From assembly GCF_020745735.1 (NCBI RefSeq), contig NC_083435.1, positions 36,295,090 to 36,359,089 of the forward strand: DNA of 64,000 bases, in the 5' to 3' direction. A program made the position numbers and the translations under genes. Below are positions 27,061 through 40,284 of the stretch, in pieces. The notes under the pieces are model-generated. The model made no database searches, was not told the DNA's origin, and was given only the letters and a program-made list of their open reading frames with translations. Origin of the DNA: Hemiscyllium ocellatum. Taxonomy: Eukaryota. Numbering within the stretch: the stretch's first letter is position 1; every line of letters begins with the position of its first letter.

Positions 27061-28403
27061 AGTCTGAAGAGAAATGCAACATTCCTGGAGCGTGTGCTGT
27101 GATTCAATGGAACACTGCTAGAGGTTAAAGGTGGAATGGTCAGAGTGAGAGCAAGATGGGGAATTGAAATGACAGGCTGGGAGCTGAGGTCTAGCTGTGT
27201 GACCTACACTGAACATGAATTTTAATTCTCCACTCCTATGGCACTGTCTTAGAATCCAGAAAGCTAATCGCCAGTTCCTCTGCAATCGCCATTCCTATTT
27301 TCTTCAATATCTTTTGATGCATCTAATCCAGTCCACAGCCTTATCATTTCATCAATTAATCCTCCTTTTATGTTTTTTAACCCTTTCCAGTGATTTCTTC
27401 ATGGGTAGAGGCAGATGCAAAATCAATTCAACAACTCATTTAACAACACCTCCACGTGTAAATTTCCTTTTTGGTCTTAATCTGCACTACTTCTCTTTCA
27501 AGATCCTTTCTTTCTTTTTAGGAAGTTCATAGATTTCCCTTTTTATTTTAGTTGTCAGTATTCTCTCATAATGCCTCTTTGTATCCCCAACCCTCTCCTG
27601 AATCTCCAGCATTCAGCTTGGTTCTCAATTTCATTTGTTATTTACCAGAGGCAAAGGTTTTCATCTTTAACTTAATATTTATCCCCTTTGTCATCCAGGG
27701 AGTTCTGAACTTTTTGTCCCTTTTGAGGGAGAGGTTGGACAACAAATCATCTCCTCTGTGATGATAGGCCATTAATCAGCTATCAATAACTCTGCAGCAG
27801 ACCCAGTTTCTCCAGATGACTACTGGGGCTAACCTGTTCCTGTGATCTCTCTCCAGCCCAGTCAGGGATGATCAGAGCAATCAGCCTGCTGGACACACTT
27901 TCCTCATTCCTGATGAAGGGCTTATGCCCAAAACGTCGAATTTCCTGTTCCTTGGATGTTGCCTGACCTGCTGCGCTTTTCCAGCAACACATTTTCAGCT
28001 CTGATCTCCAGCATCTGCAGTCCTCACTTTCTCCTCGATGATCAGAGCAACCCCACCCTGTGCCATCCCTAGGTAGTAGGACCATTCTTTATTCCAAGTC
28101 AGTTAGGAGGAGAATCTGAAGTAACGTATCCCTCAGCTGTCGGGTCAGCTTGCTCGGACTTTGCGACATCTCCTCGGGGTGAGGAAACCAATACGTGGGT
28201 GAAGTGCTGTCCAAATCGTCTTTCAATGTGGTGCCAGAACCACTGACCTTCAGGTCCCACTGGGGGCTCACCCACCCCATTTGATTTGCTGCTTTACTCA
28301 TGTGACAACTTGCTTGTGTGTCTTGAGCTGAAAACATGGATTCATGCGAGGAAAACTGTCCTGGGCTATGGCAGAGGTGACTATGCCTGAAATTCCTCTG
28401 ATT

Positions 28404-29420
28404 TGTAAATGCCGGTGTTGGACTGGGGTGTACAAAGTTAAAAATCACACAATACCAGGTTATAGTCCAACAGGTTTAATTAGAAGCACACTAGCTTTTG
28501 GAGCGACGCTCCTTCATCAGGTGATAGTAGAGGGCTCGATCCTAACAGAATTTATAGCAAAAATTTACAGTGCGATATAACTGAAATTATACATTGAAAA
28601 ATTGATTGTCTGTTTAGCCTTTCATCTGTTAGAATACAGTGATAGTTTCACTTCTTTCATGTGTAAATCACAAAACCCTTTTTTTAAAAGTTGCATTCTC
28701 AGGTTAGCTGTTAACAATGGTGATAGCTAGACAATATGTTGAAGGTGTTAGCCCCCTGTGTTCTCTGTCTATGCCATGATGTCTAGATTGATTCTAATCT
28801 AAAAAGTGAGATAATAGAGTTTTACATAAATTCATGCAGTTTTTGAGCTCAGAGTTCTACATGAATGCATGCAGTTTTTGAGCAAAGTACAATGTAACCC
28901 TGCAATTACAACTTCACCCCACAAAATATATGTGTGTATGTGGGTCTTTGTCTGTGTCTGTCTGGGGTGGGGGCTGTGAGTGTGAGAAAGTGTATGTGTG
29001 TGTGTAGTATGTGTAGTGAGTGCAGAGTGTCTTAAGTTTGTGAGGGGGTGCATGTATGAGTGTGGGAGTGTATGTGTCTGTAAGGGTGTGGGGGGTGTCT
29101 GTGCGCGCGTCTGGGTGTATGTGTGTCCATGTGTATGCATATATAGGAGTGCCTGTGTGTGTGTGTGAGAGTGTGTGTGTGTAGGAGTAACTGTGTGTGT
29201 ATAGTGCAATGGTGGTCACCTGTAATGTGACATGAACCCAAGGTCCCAATTGAGGCCCTCCCTATGGGTACCGAATTTAGCTATCAGCCTCTGCTCGCCC
29301 ACTTTTCTCAGGACATTCAGCCTCGGACCTTCAGGTGACCATCCTCCAAGGTGGACTTCGAGACAGGGAGCAGAGAAAAGTGGCCGAGCAGAGGCTGATG
29401 TGTTGAAATGCATAAAGGTG
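28404..29420 (-). mobile_element. Penelope-like element family C, 3' part with CA-rich microsatellite (~28950-29200) and pLTR
   Basis: C-terminal remnant RKVGEQRLIAKFGTHREGLNWDLGFMSHY; hammerhead-like motif at 28489-28523. Confidence 0.7.
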
Positions 29421-29455
29421 GTTACATCTCCAAAATCTGATCAGATATAACCTAG

Positions 29456-29767
29456 GGGCAGCACGGTGGCACAGTGGTTAGCACTGCTGCCTCACAGCGC
29501 CAGGGACCTGGGTTCAATTCCCGCCTCAGGCGACTGACTGTGTGGAGTTTGCATGTTCTCCCCGTGTCTGCGTGGGTTTCCTCCGGGTGCTCCGGTTTCC
29601 TCCCACAGTCCAAAGATGTGCGGGTCAGGTAAATTGCCCGTAGTGCTAAGTAAGGGGTATATGTAGGGGTGTGAGTGGGTTGCGCTTCGGCAGGTCGGTG
29701 TGGACTTTTTGGGCCGAAGGGCCTGTTTCCACACTGTAAGTAATCTAAATCTGTAAGTAATCTAAAT
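29456..29767 (+). mobile_element. Young HE1-like SINE
   Basis: A/B boxes, V domain, duplicated CTGTAAGTAATCTAA tail. Confidence 0.95.
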
Positions 29768-31285
29768 CAGGTCTCTGTGGGAAGCTAGAGAAATGATTGC
29801 TGGGCCTCTTGCTGAGATATTTGTATCATCGATAGTCACAGGAGAGGCGCCAGAAGACTGGAGGTTGGCAAACGTGGTGCCACTGTTTAAGAAAGGTGGT
29901 AAGGACAAGCCAGGGAAATGTAGACCAGTGAGCCTGACCTCGGTGGTGGGCAAGTTATTGGAGGGAATCCTGAGGGGCAGGATGTGCATGTATTTGGAAA
30001 GGAAAGACCAATTCGGGATAGTCAACATGGCTTTGAGCATGGGAAATCATGTCTCACAAACTTGATTTAGTTTTTTGAAGAAGTAATAAAGAAGATTGAT
30101 GAGGGCAGAACAGTAGATGTGATCTATATGGACTTCAGTAAGGCGTTCGACAAGCTTCCCCATGGGACACTGGTTAACAAGGTTAGATCTCATAGAATAA
30201 AGGGAGAACTAGCCATTTGGACACAGAACTGGCTCAAAGGTAAAAGATAGAGGGTGGTGGTGGAGGGCTGTTTATCAGACTGGAGGCATGCGACCAGTGA
30301 AGTGCCACAAGGATTGGAGCTGGGCCCTCTACTTTTTGTCATTTACATAAATGATTTGGATGCGAGCATAAGAGGTACAGTTAGTAAGTATGCAGATGAC
30401 ACCAAAATTGGAGGTATAGTGGACAGCGAAGAGGTACAAATTGCAACAGGATCTTGACCAGATGGGCCAATGGGCTGAGAAGTGTCAGATGGACTTTAAT
30501 TCAGATAAATGCGAGGTGCTGCATTTTGGGAAAGCAAATCTCAGCAGGACTTATACCCTTAATGGTAACATCCAAGGGAGTACTGCTGAACAAAGAGACC
30601 ATGGAGTGCAGGTTCATAGCTCCTTGAAAGTGGAGTTGCAGGTAGATAGGATAGTGAAGGTGTTTGGTATGCTTTCTTTTACTGGTCAGACTGTTGAGTA
30701 CAGGAATTGGGAGGTCATGTTGTGGCTGTACAGGATATTGGTTAGGCCACTGTTGGAATATTGCGTGCAATTCTCCACTCCTTCCTATCAGAAAGATGTT
30801 CTGAAACTTGAAAGGGTTCAGAAAATATTTACAAGGATATTGCCAGGGTTAGAAGATTAGAGCTATAGGGAGAGGCTGAACAGGCTGGGGCTGTTTTCCC
30901 TGGAGTGTCGGAGACTGAGGGGTGACCTTATAGAGGTTTACAAAATTATGAGGGGCATGGATAGGATAAATAGACAAAGTATTTTCCTTGGGGTCGGGGA
31001 GTCCAGAACTAGAGGGCATAGGTTTAGGGTGAGGGGGGAAAAATATAAAAGGGACCTATGGGGCAACTTTTTCACACAGAGGGTGGTACGTGTATGGAAT
31101 AAGCTGCCAGAGGAAGTGGTGGAGGCCGGTACAATTGCAACAGTGAAAAGGCATTTGGACGGGAAATGAACAGGAAGGGCCGGGTGCTGGCAGCTGGGAA
31201 AGGAATGGATTGGGATGTCTAGTTGGCATGGACGGGTTCGACCAAAGGGTCTGTTTCCATTCTGCACATCTGTATGACTCTATCT
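29768..31285 (+). mobile_element. 5'-truncated CR1 LINE (RT and 3' UTR)
   Basis: EAPEDWRLANVVPLFKKGGKDKPG.CRPVSLTSVVGKLLE; VPQG; YADDTK; frameshifted. Confidence 0.9.
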
Positions 31286-31799
31286 AATATATCAGCTTCC
31301 GGGAGAAAGGAAGTTTCAAGTTTGATATCACTGTGGGAGAGTTCTGAAGGAGAGTCATGTTGGACTTCAAATTAACATTTGAAGCAACAGATGCTAAAGG
31401 ACCCATTGAATATCTCCACCATGTTCTGGTTTTTGCAGTATCTGCAGTGACTCACTTTTATTCTGGTCCAGGTGTCCCCCCGCTATTCTGAAAGTGGAGC
31501 GTTCCTGTGAAATCTTTCATAAGCTGAAATGGCGTAAAGCGAAGAAGCATTAATTTATATGGGAAAAATTTCACCTTTCTTCGTAAAAGCAAAATCCCTC
31601 CGGATTTCTCGGTTAGCAAAAACAGGTGCTAATGTTGAAGCAAACATGCATAAAGCAAACTTTAAAAAAATGGGGAAGGCCTGTATTTGCTGTTCTTAAT
31701 CAGAATATTACTGTTTGACACCCATTCATTCAATTTGTCATTTGTCAACATCAGTCACATCCCGACCTACATCTCTACTTGCTAAAACAAAGCTCCAAT

Positions 31800-32600
31800 A
31801 TCTAGAAAAGTTGTTTGTGTCAGGAATGCGACACAATGCAGTTACAGGACACTTGTAAATGGTGGCTCCAGATCAGCAACAACAGAGTGTTATTTAAACA
31901 GAGAAGGGCTGCAGAATGCTGCAACGCCAAGGGACTTGTGCAGGAAACACAAAATGTGAGGACACAGGTACAGCAGGTAATCAGGAATGCTCGTGGAATG
32001 TTGGCCCTTATTTGAAGGGATTGGAGGATAACTGTAGGGAAGTCCTAATGCAACTGTGCAAAGTGCCGGTGGGACCACATCTGGAATCTGTGGATAGTTT
32101 TGGTCCACTTATTTAAGGAAAGATATTATTTCATGGGTACAGTTCAGACAAGGTTCACCAGGACGATCCCTGGTACGGAGGGACTGTCTTCTGAGGAAAG
32201 GCTCAACAGGTTGGGACTCTCCTCACTGGAGTTTAGGAGAATGGTCTCATTGAAACAGATAGGATTATTAAGGGGCTTGGCAGAGTAAAGGATGTTTCCT
32301 CTCATGAAGCAGTCTCGTACAGAGAGCATAGTCTCAGAATAAAGGGGGGGGGGGCAATTTAGGACTGAGAAGAGGGGGGGATTTCTTGTCTCAGTGCGGT
32401 GAGAGTCTTTAAACACCTTGTCACAGAAAGCTGTGGGAGCAAGATCCTTGTGTATATTTAAGGCAGAGATAGATAGATTCTTGATCAGTGGCAAATCAAG
32501 AGTTAGAGGGAAAGATGTACAGAATGTCAGATCAGCCATGATCCTGTTAATGGAGAACCAGGCTCGAGCAGCTGAATGGTCAACTCTGATTTCATAGGAT
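31800..32600 (+). mobile_element. Degraded CR1 3' fragment
   Basis: C-terminal RT remnants (QTRFTRTIPG, EERLNRLGLSSLEFRR). Confidence 0.7.
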
Positions 32601-33487
32601 CTTGTGGCCCTAACAATTATTTATATACACACAGAACACTTTCCAGGGAATGAAACATGCCAGTGTTCGCTTTGGCGTCACAAAACACAGTGTAACACTG
32701 AGCCACACAGGAGCAAAAGCTTAGTCAATAGGTTTGGATAAGTAGACGAATAGGAAAGGTTTGAAGGGCTATGGGCCAAGCGCAGGCAGTGGGACTAGTT
32801 GAGTTTGAGATTGTTTGACTACAATTTATGCTCCACCCGGAGGGAAGTGTTTAAATTGATTTTAAATTGAGATATTATAGGATCGGCTCAGAGGATATTC
32901 GTGCAAGGCTAAAGAAGACGTAACACAATGAGCTGAAGTACAGGAATAAGACACATTTTATCAAGACACTTTTCATCTTGCATTGAAGAGGACCAATTAA
33001 AAGGGAAAGCAGTATTTATGGTGTGTGGGACCTGCCTGGGTTTAAAATTTAAACACCATCCGACTGGAAACTGTCAATCAGCGTTAATCACTGCATTTTT
33101 CACGGCAATGTTGTTACCAATCCGGATATCAATCAATCAGCATTCTCCTTTCAAGCCGTATAAATGATAAACCCACCTGGAATTGGTTTTCTTGCATATT
33201 GTCCTGATGAGTCCAAGATGAAAACTTTTAACAAAACTTTTTTTTTTCAGCAAGATTACCAGATTTCTATGTTACCAAATGACTATTAGGAGTAACAAGA
33301 TGAAATCAGGCTGAATTTGAGTTGTTAAATAGCCATGGTTTTCTGGACATGAAAACGGCCCCATGAGCAGGATATACAGTATAATGGATATGTGTGGCTG
33401 TTCCATTATCGCCTGTTATCCACTCTCCCAGCGGGAGTTAGAACTCCCCTCTTGCCCAAGAAGATGACACAGTGGAGCTGAACATAC

Positions 33488-33583
33488 CTCCAGCTCAGCA
33501 ATCTTCTCCTGTTGCTGGGTGATGAGGAGACTCCTCTTCCTCTGTTTCCGTTCTTCCACTGCGAGAAGCTCATTGAACTCATT
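33488..33583 (-). CDS. TRIM gene exon 2 (coiled coil NEFNELLAVEERKQRKRSLLITQQQEKIAELE)
   Basis: Exactly 96 nt, phase 0/0. Acceptor ttttgaccttcttcag and donor GAG|GTATGT. 96 nt is the usual size of exon 2 in class-IV TRIM genes, and its frame fits exon 1. Confidence 0.85.
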
Positions 33584-34060
33584 CTGAAGAAGGTCAAAAC
33601 GCACACTTAAACAATCTCCACATACACTGACGGTCAAAATACAGTATGTCCCCAAACACTACCCTAATGTGAGGGTTAAGGCAGTCAATGTTAGAGAGCT
33701 GCGGGTGCGGATTTACCTTCATTCTATTTCATTCCTCAGCACTGACGACTTCACTTTTAAACACTTAATCTGGTTCACTCACATTCTTTAGGTGATGACC
33801 ACATGTGACTGCAGAGCCAGGCCAAAGTGAATAACTGTTGACTGCCTTCTCACACGACCAGAGAGCTAACTGATAATCCCGAGGATTAGTTTTACAGAAA
33901 AGGATCCAGAGGGGGAAAATTGTGTTTAAAAAGAACAGAAATATTTCAGACTAAGTGTACTGGTCATGCTGGAACTTCATTTGGAGGGAGGTACATGCTA
34001 TCGGTCACCAGTTGTACTGTGTTTTCTCCTCAGTTGTATCATTTGCTCCTATCCCTCTCT

Positions 34061-35814
34061 TGTCAGTGCAGTCTCAATTAATGGGTGGGAATCAGATAGC
34101 TTCCCAGTCAGATCTGGAGTCAGGCAGGGCTGCCTCCTTTCTCTTGCCTTGTTTGTGTGCTGCATAGAGCCATTTGTCGAGTCCATCAGGAAGGATGCGA
34201 GCCTGAGAGGGGCGACTATTCCTGGCAGCGGGGGCCTGCAGGTTAAGGCCTCCCTGTACATGGATGACGTCGCCGTTTTCTGTTCAGATCCGCTGTCCGT
34301 GCACAGACTCATGAGCATATGTGACCAGTTCGAACAGGCCTCGGGGGCCAAGGTAAACCGAGGCAAGAGCGAGGCCATGCTCTTCGGGAACTGGGCTGAC
34401 CAATCCTCGATCCCCTTCACCGTCAGGACTGACCACCTGAAGGTGCTGGGTATTTGGTTCGGGGAGGCTGGGGCGTGCGCCAAGTCTTGGGAGGAGTGTA
34501 TCAGCAACGTGAGGCAGAAACTGGACAGATGGAAGCTACGGTCGCTCTCCATCGCGGGAAAAAACCTGTTCATCAGGTGTGAGGCACTGTCATTGCTGTT
34601 GTACGTGGCACAGGTCTGGCCTATTCCCAGAACCTGTGCCGCTGCAGTCACCCGGGCCATCTTCCAATTTATATGGAGGTCAAAGATGGACCAGGTCCGA
34701 AGGGACTTGATGTACAAAGATCTAGGCAACGTGGGAAAAAATACACCCAATGCCACCCTCCCCCTGATGGCCACCTTTGTGTGTGGCTGCATTCAGCTGT
34801 GCGTGGATCCCCGGTACGCAAACACCAAGTGTCACTACGTACTGAGGTTCTACCTGTCCCCGGTGTTGCCAAGGATGGGCCTGGCCTCGCTGCCGCGGAA
34901 CGCTCCAAGTAGTTGGACCGTTCCGTACCACCTGTCCTTTGTGGAGAAGTTTATGAAGAAAAACACCTTTGACCACAAGTCCATCAGGAAGTGGTCAGCA
35001 CATAGCGTCCTCGAGACCCTTCGGGAAAAGGAGAGGGTGGATCCTATCGAGCGGTTCCCTGAGCAGACTGTCAAAGCCATTTGGCAGAACGCCTCATCGC
35101 CAGAACTTTCCAACAAGCACCAAGACATGGCTTGGCTGGTGGTGAGAAGGGCTCTGCCTGTGAGATCCTTTATGCACGCCCGGACGTTCAGCCGCACCGC
35201 ACGCTGCCCTCGAAGCGGCTGCGGGGGGGACGAGACTGTCACACACCTCCTTCTGGAATGTGCCTAAGCAGAGGAAGTCTGGAGAGGAATGCAGTGGTGT
35301 TTGTCAAGGTTCGTCCTGAGCAGCGCCGTGACACGGGACTCCGTGCTCTACGGCCTGTTCCCCGGGGATGACACCGAGATGAACATCAACTGTGCCTGGA
35401 GGATCATCAACTCGGTGAAGGACGCTCTCTGGGTGGTCTGAAACGTGTTGATCTTCCAGCTGAAGGGGTTGACCCTGACTAAGTGTTGCAGACTGGCACA
35501 TTCCAAGGTCCAGGACTACGTGCTGAGGGACGCGCTGAAGCTTGGGGCAGCTGCTGCCAAGGTGCGGTGGGGAAAGACCACCGTTTAACATCTGCCTGCC
35601 TAAAAAAGATCAGGGGGCCCACGCAGTCATTTGGGCTCTGCTGATGCCTCAGCCGAAGAGCTGTATAGTAAACGTACAGACTTGTATATAGGAAAAATAA
35701 ATTTCGATGGCTATAGGTAAAGCAATGTAATGTGTGCACAAGATTGGCATGACCAATTGTGTAGAGATCCAAACAATTTTATGAATAAAATATATTTTTG
35801 AAATTAATAAAAAA
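34061..35814 (+). mobile_element. 5'-truncated Tx1/L1-clade LINE, copy 1
   Basis: RT core GVRQGCLLS...KASLYMDDV and zf-RVT RCPRSGC...ETVTHLLLEC; AATAAA and A-rich tail. TSD TTGCTCCTATCCCTCTCT (34043-34060) / TTGCTTCTATCCCTCTCT (35815-35832). Confidence 0.92.
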
Positions 35815-38445
35815 TTGCTTCTATCCCTCTCTTGCCCCATCAAGGCGGGGCTTGCCCTCATTGGTCAGTGCATTAAGCAATGGAGTTGGGAAATCATGTT
35901 ACAGCCGCACAATGGTAACATTGGTTGGGCCACCTTTGGAATACCGCACACAATTCTGGTCACCCTTCTGTCGGAAAGATGCTGTGAAACTAGAAAAGGT
36001 ATAGAACGGATTTGTAAGGGAGTGGAGGGTTTGAGTTATAAGTCAGAGGAAGTGGTAGATACAAATACAGTTACAACATTTAAAATCCATTTGGACAAGG
36101 ACATGAATAGCAAAGGTTTAGGTGCTCTATGACTTTATGGGCAGGTTGGAAAGCCGAAACCTTTTTTTCCCTGGAGCATTGGATGCCGAGGGGTGACCTT
36201 GTCGAGGCTATAAAATTATGGGAGCCAGAGACAAGGTGAATAGCTTTTTTCAAGGATGATGGAGTCCAAAACTAGAGGGCATAGGTTTAAGGTGAGAGGG
36301 GAAAGATTCGAAAGCGACCTGAGGGGCAACTTTTTCACACAGAAGGTGTATGTATGGAAAGAACTGCCAGAGGAAGTGGTCAAGGTGGGTACATTTACAA
36401 TGTTGAAAAGACATTTGGACATAAACAGGAAAGGTTTAGAGGGATATGCAGGCAACTGAGACTAGTTCAGTTTGGGTTACGTGGTCAGCATGTTGGGCTG
36501 AAGGGTCTGTTCCTGTACTGAATGATTTTCTGACTCCATATCAATCTCATGAAAAAAACCTAATGTTAATTGAAAAGCCAGCCCACACCAGTATTTCATT
36601 ATCAATATTTTGACTCACCTCTGGAGCAGGTGTCCAGATCTCCTGGTTCAGAGACAGAGACATTGCCCCTGTACAACAAAGGTCCCTCAAAGTGGGCAGC
36701 CCCCTGAAAACTGCCCAGTGTTTGGGTCAACTGCCAGCTTTTGCAGACTCAGTGGTGCCAGAGATCTTTACTGGCCATCACTGGGACTGCAGGTGGTCAC
36801 TCAGCGATGAGAGCAATGCATTCGAGGGGCTGGGGGTAAATAAATGACAAAGGGTCAAATTAGCATGGCAGAGTGTCAGCTAGCCTTGATATTATGGCCC
36901 AGGCCATAAGACCAGTACCACAAGCAAACAGAGTGGAGTAGAAATGTCTTTTGTCAAGAAAATTATTAAATTTCCACAAGGAAGGAGAGGGGTACCATTT
37001 GTCAGGGATAATATTCCATCCCTTTCGAAGAACTCGCTCTCTAAAAACTCTCAATGCTCCCCTCCCCGTTCCCTGAACAAGTGCCCAACCATCGTCCCTT
37101 TGATCACGGTTCCAAGGGAGCATCCAATACCAAGAGTTTGGCATCGCTGGTATAGCTGGCACGAGTCCCCTTCTGCCCTTGTCGGCAATGCCTGTAACTT
37201 GTTGTGGTAACACCACCCCCATCCACCTCCACCTTCTTTCCTGTTTTATCACAACATTTGGTGACAGGACAGTCTGCCCACTCTGTTCGGCCTTCTCCTG
37301 CTTACCATATTGCAGCAGCAGAGACAGGAATCCACCCTTAAGCACACCACAATTGGGCAATTAAGGCCTACAAAGCAGCCATGAGGCCAGGCTGGCTAGC
37401 GGGCACCTTGCCCATGCACCATTCAAATGTTATATATCATGGGAAAGATCTGCATGCACCCCGACCCATTCCACTGCCCTATTACCCTCTATTTACCCCT
37501 GACTAATGCACCTAACCAGAATACGATGTGGCGATGTGAGGCAGCAGTGCTAACCACCGAGTCACTGTGTCACCTCCAACTAGTTCTGTCATGATTAAAA
37601 CCCAGAGATATGGCCTTTCATCAAATGAAGTAAAAACAATGACTGCAGATGCTGGAAACCAGATTCTGGATTAGTAGTGCTGGAAGAGCACAGCAGTTCA
37701 GGCAGCATTCAAGGAGCAGCGAAATTGACATTTCAGGCAAAAGCCCTTCATCAGGAATAAAGGCAGTGAGCCTGAAGCGTGGAGAGATCAGCTAGAAGAG
37801 GGTGGGGGTGGGGAGAGAGTAGCATAGAGTACAATAGGTGAGTGGGGGAGGGGATGAAGGTGATAGGACAGGGAGGAGAGGGTGGAGTGGATAGGTGGAA
37901 AAGGAGATAGGCAGGTAGGGCAAGTCCGGACAAGTGGGGGAAGGGGAAATGAGGAAACTGTTGAAATCCACATTGATGCCCTGGTGTTGAAGTGTTCCGA
38001 GGCGGATGATGAGGCGTTCTTCCTCCAGGTGTCTGGTGGTGAGTGAGCGGTGGAAAAGGAGACCCAGGACCTCCATGCCCTTGGCAGAGTGGGAGGGGGA
38101 GTTGAAATGTTGGGCCACGGGGGCGGTCAAACGAAGTTGTTCCTGATTGTAAAATGAACAAGAATGTGAAGGCATAGATTTAAAGTGATGTGCAAACAGG
38201 GTGAAAAAACTTTGCGCTCAGCGAGTAATTGGGGTACGGAATGTAGTGCCTGGAATTGTAATGGAGGCAGGTTCAAACCAGGCACTCAAGACAGCATTGG
38301 AAGATTGTATGGATAGAAATAATGTGGGGACATTAGGAACAGGCAGGAGTATGGCACGAGTTAATAAAATCAGTAAACATAAGGGGCCAAATGTCCTCAT
38401 TCCATGCCATAACAATTCTGTGTTCTTTTCGCTGAGGAATGGGGT

Positions 38446-38477
<32 letters not shown>
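38446..38477 (+). repeat. G32 homopolymer
   Basis: 32 consecutive G. Confidence 0.9.
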
Positions 38478-38478
<1 letters not shown>

Positions 38479-39224
38479 ACAAGAATGTGGTGTGCTAATT
38501 AAACATCCTATTTTATGTGGACTTCCCCACACCCACCCTGAGCAAAAATGCCCCAGTAAGGGTGGTGCCAAAAATCCACCCCTCAGAAATCCGTCAGGAT
38601 GATTAACAATGCTTGGCTTGCCAGCAACACCCAAGTCAGGCAACGAAAGTAATGTGTCATAGAGCAGGGGAACAGGCCCTTCGGCCCAACTTGTCCATAG
38701 ATCTCACAATTTTAACTCGTTCCATTTGCCTGTATTTGGTCCATATCCCTCCATATCTAGCCCATCCATGTACCTGTCCAAACATTTCTGAAATGATGAA
38801 ATTGTATTTACCACCACTACTGCCTTGGCAGCTCATTCCAGACATTCACCGCCCTCTATGTGAAAAAGCTTGCCCCTTTGGACCCTTTTGTATCACTGCC
38901 CTCTCACCTTAAACCTATGGCCTCGAGTCTTAGACTCCCCTCCCCTGGGGAAAAGCTATCACCCCTCACTCTCTTATGCTCCAGGGAAAGAAGCCCCCTC
39001 CACTAGCACACTCCCCTCCCCCAACCTATTGAACCTCTCCTTATAACTCAAACTGTCCAGTCCAGGCAGCATCCTTGTAAATATTTTAATAATATATTTT
39101 CTATAATAGGGTGACCCAAACATGCAGTTGATTGTGTATTGATTATTATTCGTGCTTCAGCAGTGAAACTCCTCCTAACTCCCTTCCCTCTGACCTGCAA
39201 CTCTACTCAAACCATCATTCCTGA

Positions 39225-39728
39225 GTTGGCCCAGTGGTTAGCCCTGCTGCCTCACGGCGCCAGGGACCCGGGTTTGATTCCAGCCTCAGACGACGGTCAG
39301 TGTGGGGTTTGCACATTGTCTGCGTGGTTTCCTCCCACTGTCCAAAGACGCGCAGATTAGGTGAATTAGCCATGCTAAATTGCCCCTCGTGTTCAGCGAC
39401 ATGTCGGTTAGATGCATTAGGCTGGGGAAATTAGATTAGATTAGATTACTTACAGTGTGGAAACAGGCCCTTCGGCCCAACAAGTCCACACTGACCCGCT
39501 GAAGCGCAACCCACCCATACCCCTACACTTACCTCTTACCTAACACTACGGACAATTTAGCATGGCCAATTCACCTCTTTGGACTGTGGGAGGAAACCGG
39601 AGCACCCGGAGGAACCCACGCAAACACGGGGAGAACGTGCAAACTCCACACAGTCAGTTGCCTGAGTCGGGAAATGAACCCGGGTCTCAGGTGCTGTGAG
39701 ACAGCAGTGCTAACCACTGTGCCACCCA
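39225..39728. mobile_element. Adjacent oppositely oriented SINE pair (plus partial 39225-39430, minus 39431-39728)
   Basis: Two HE1-like copies meeting at the ATTAG tail repeats. Confidence 0.8.
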
Positions 39729-40284
39729 CAAATGTAAAGTAATAAGGGAATGGGTTTGTGTGGATACTCTTCGGAGGGTCAGCGTGGACTTGTTGGGCCA
39801 AATGGTCTATTTTCACACTTTATGGACTCTATGAGTTCTTGGCCAGGCCTCCTCCCTGCCCCAAGTGTTTGTTGCCTAGTCCAACAACAGCAGCAAATTT
39901 GATTTGAAGGCAAGGGGTGGGATAGAAGTGACTAAGGACAATGTCAGAGCTCAACCAAATCACTGTACCACCTTACAGTGGGGGGATAGCAGCCAGGGAC
40001 CCACAGGAACCAAGGCAGAGGATTCAGGTGAGTCAGGCCAAACAGGGAATGCCTCCGGGATAAAGTTTTCCAGTCCTGAAGCACAGTGAGCATTTAACCA
40101 AGAACAAATTTCAACTGTTAATGACCAGTGAAGTCATGGTAGGGGTTTCCTATCACTCTTACTACGTCTTTGGAGAGATAGTTAGGGGTAGGATCCCTTT
40201 AAATGTCATCAAATCATGTAATGCTGAGAGAGGGGTTCCTTTAACTGTTCCCAGTCTCAATAGTGCTGGTGATGTTGGGCTTCC

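Noticed and set aside
28089-28448. 119-aa minus ORF
   Set aside because: It starts inside a Penelope pLTR, has no recognisable motif, and its candidate acceptor gives a stop after nine codons in phase 0.
33200-33233. CTGATGA...GAAAACT hammerhead-like motif
   Set aside because: Stems II and III and the cleavage triplet are too degenerate to call a ribozyme in this copy.
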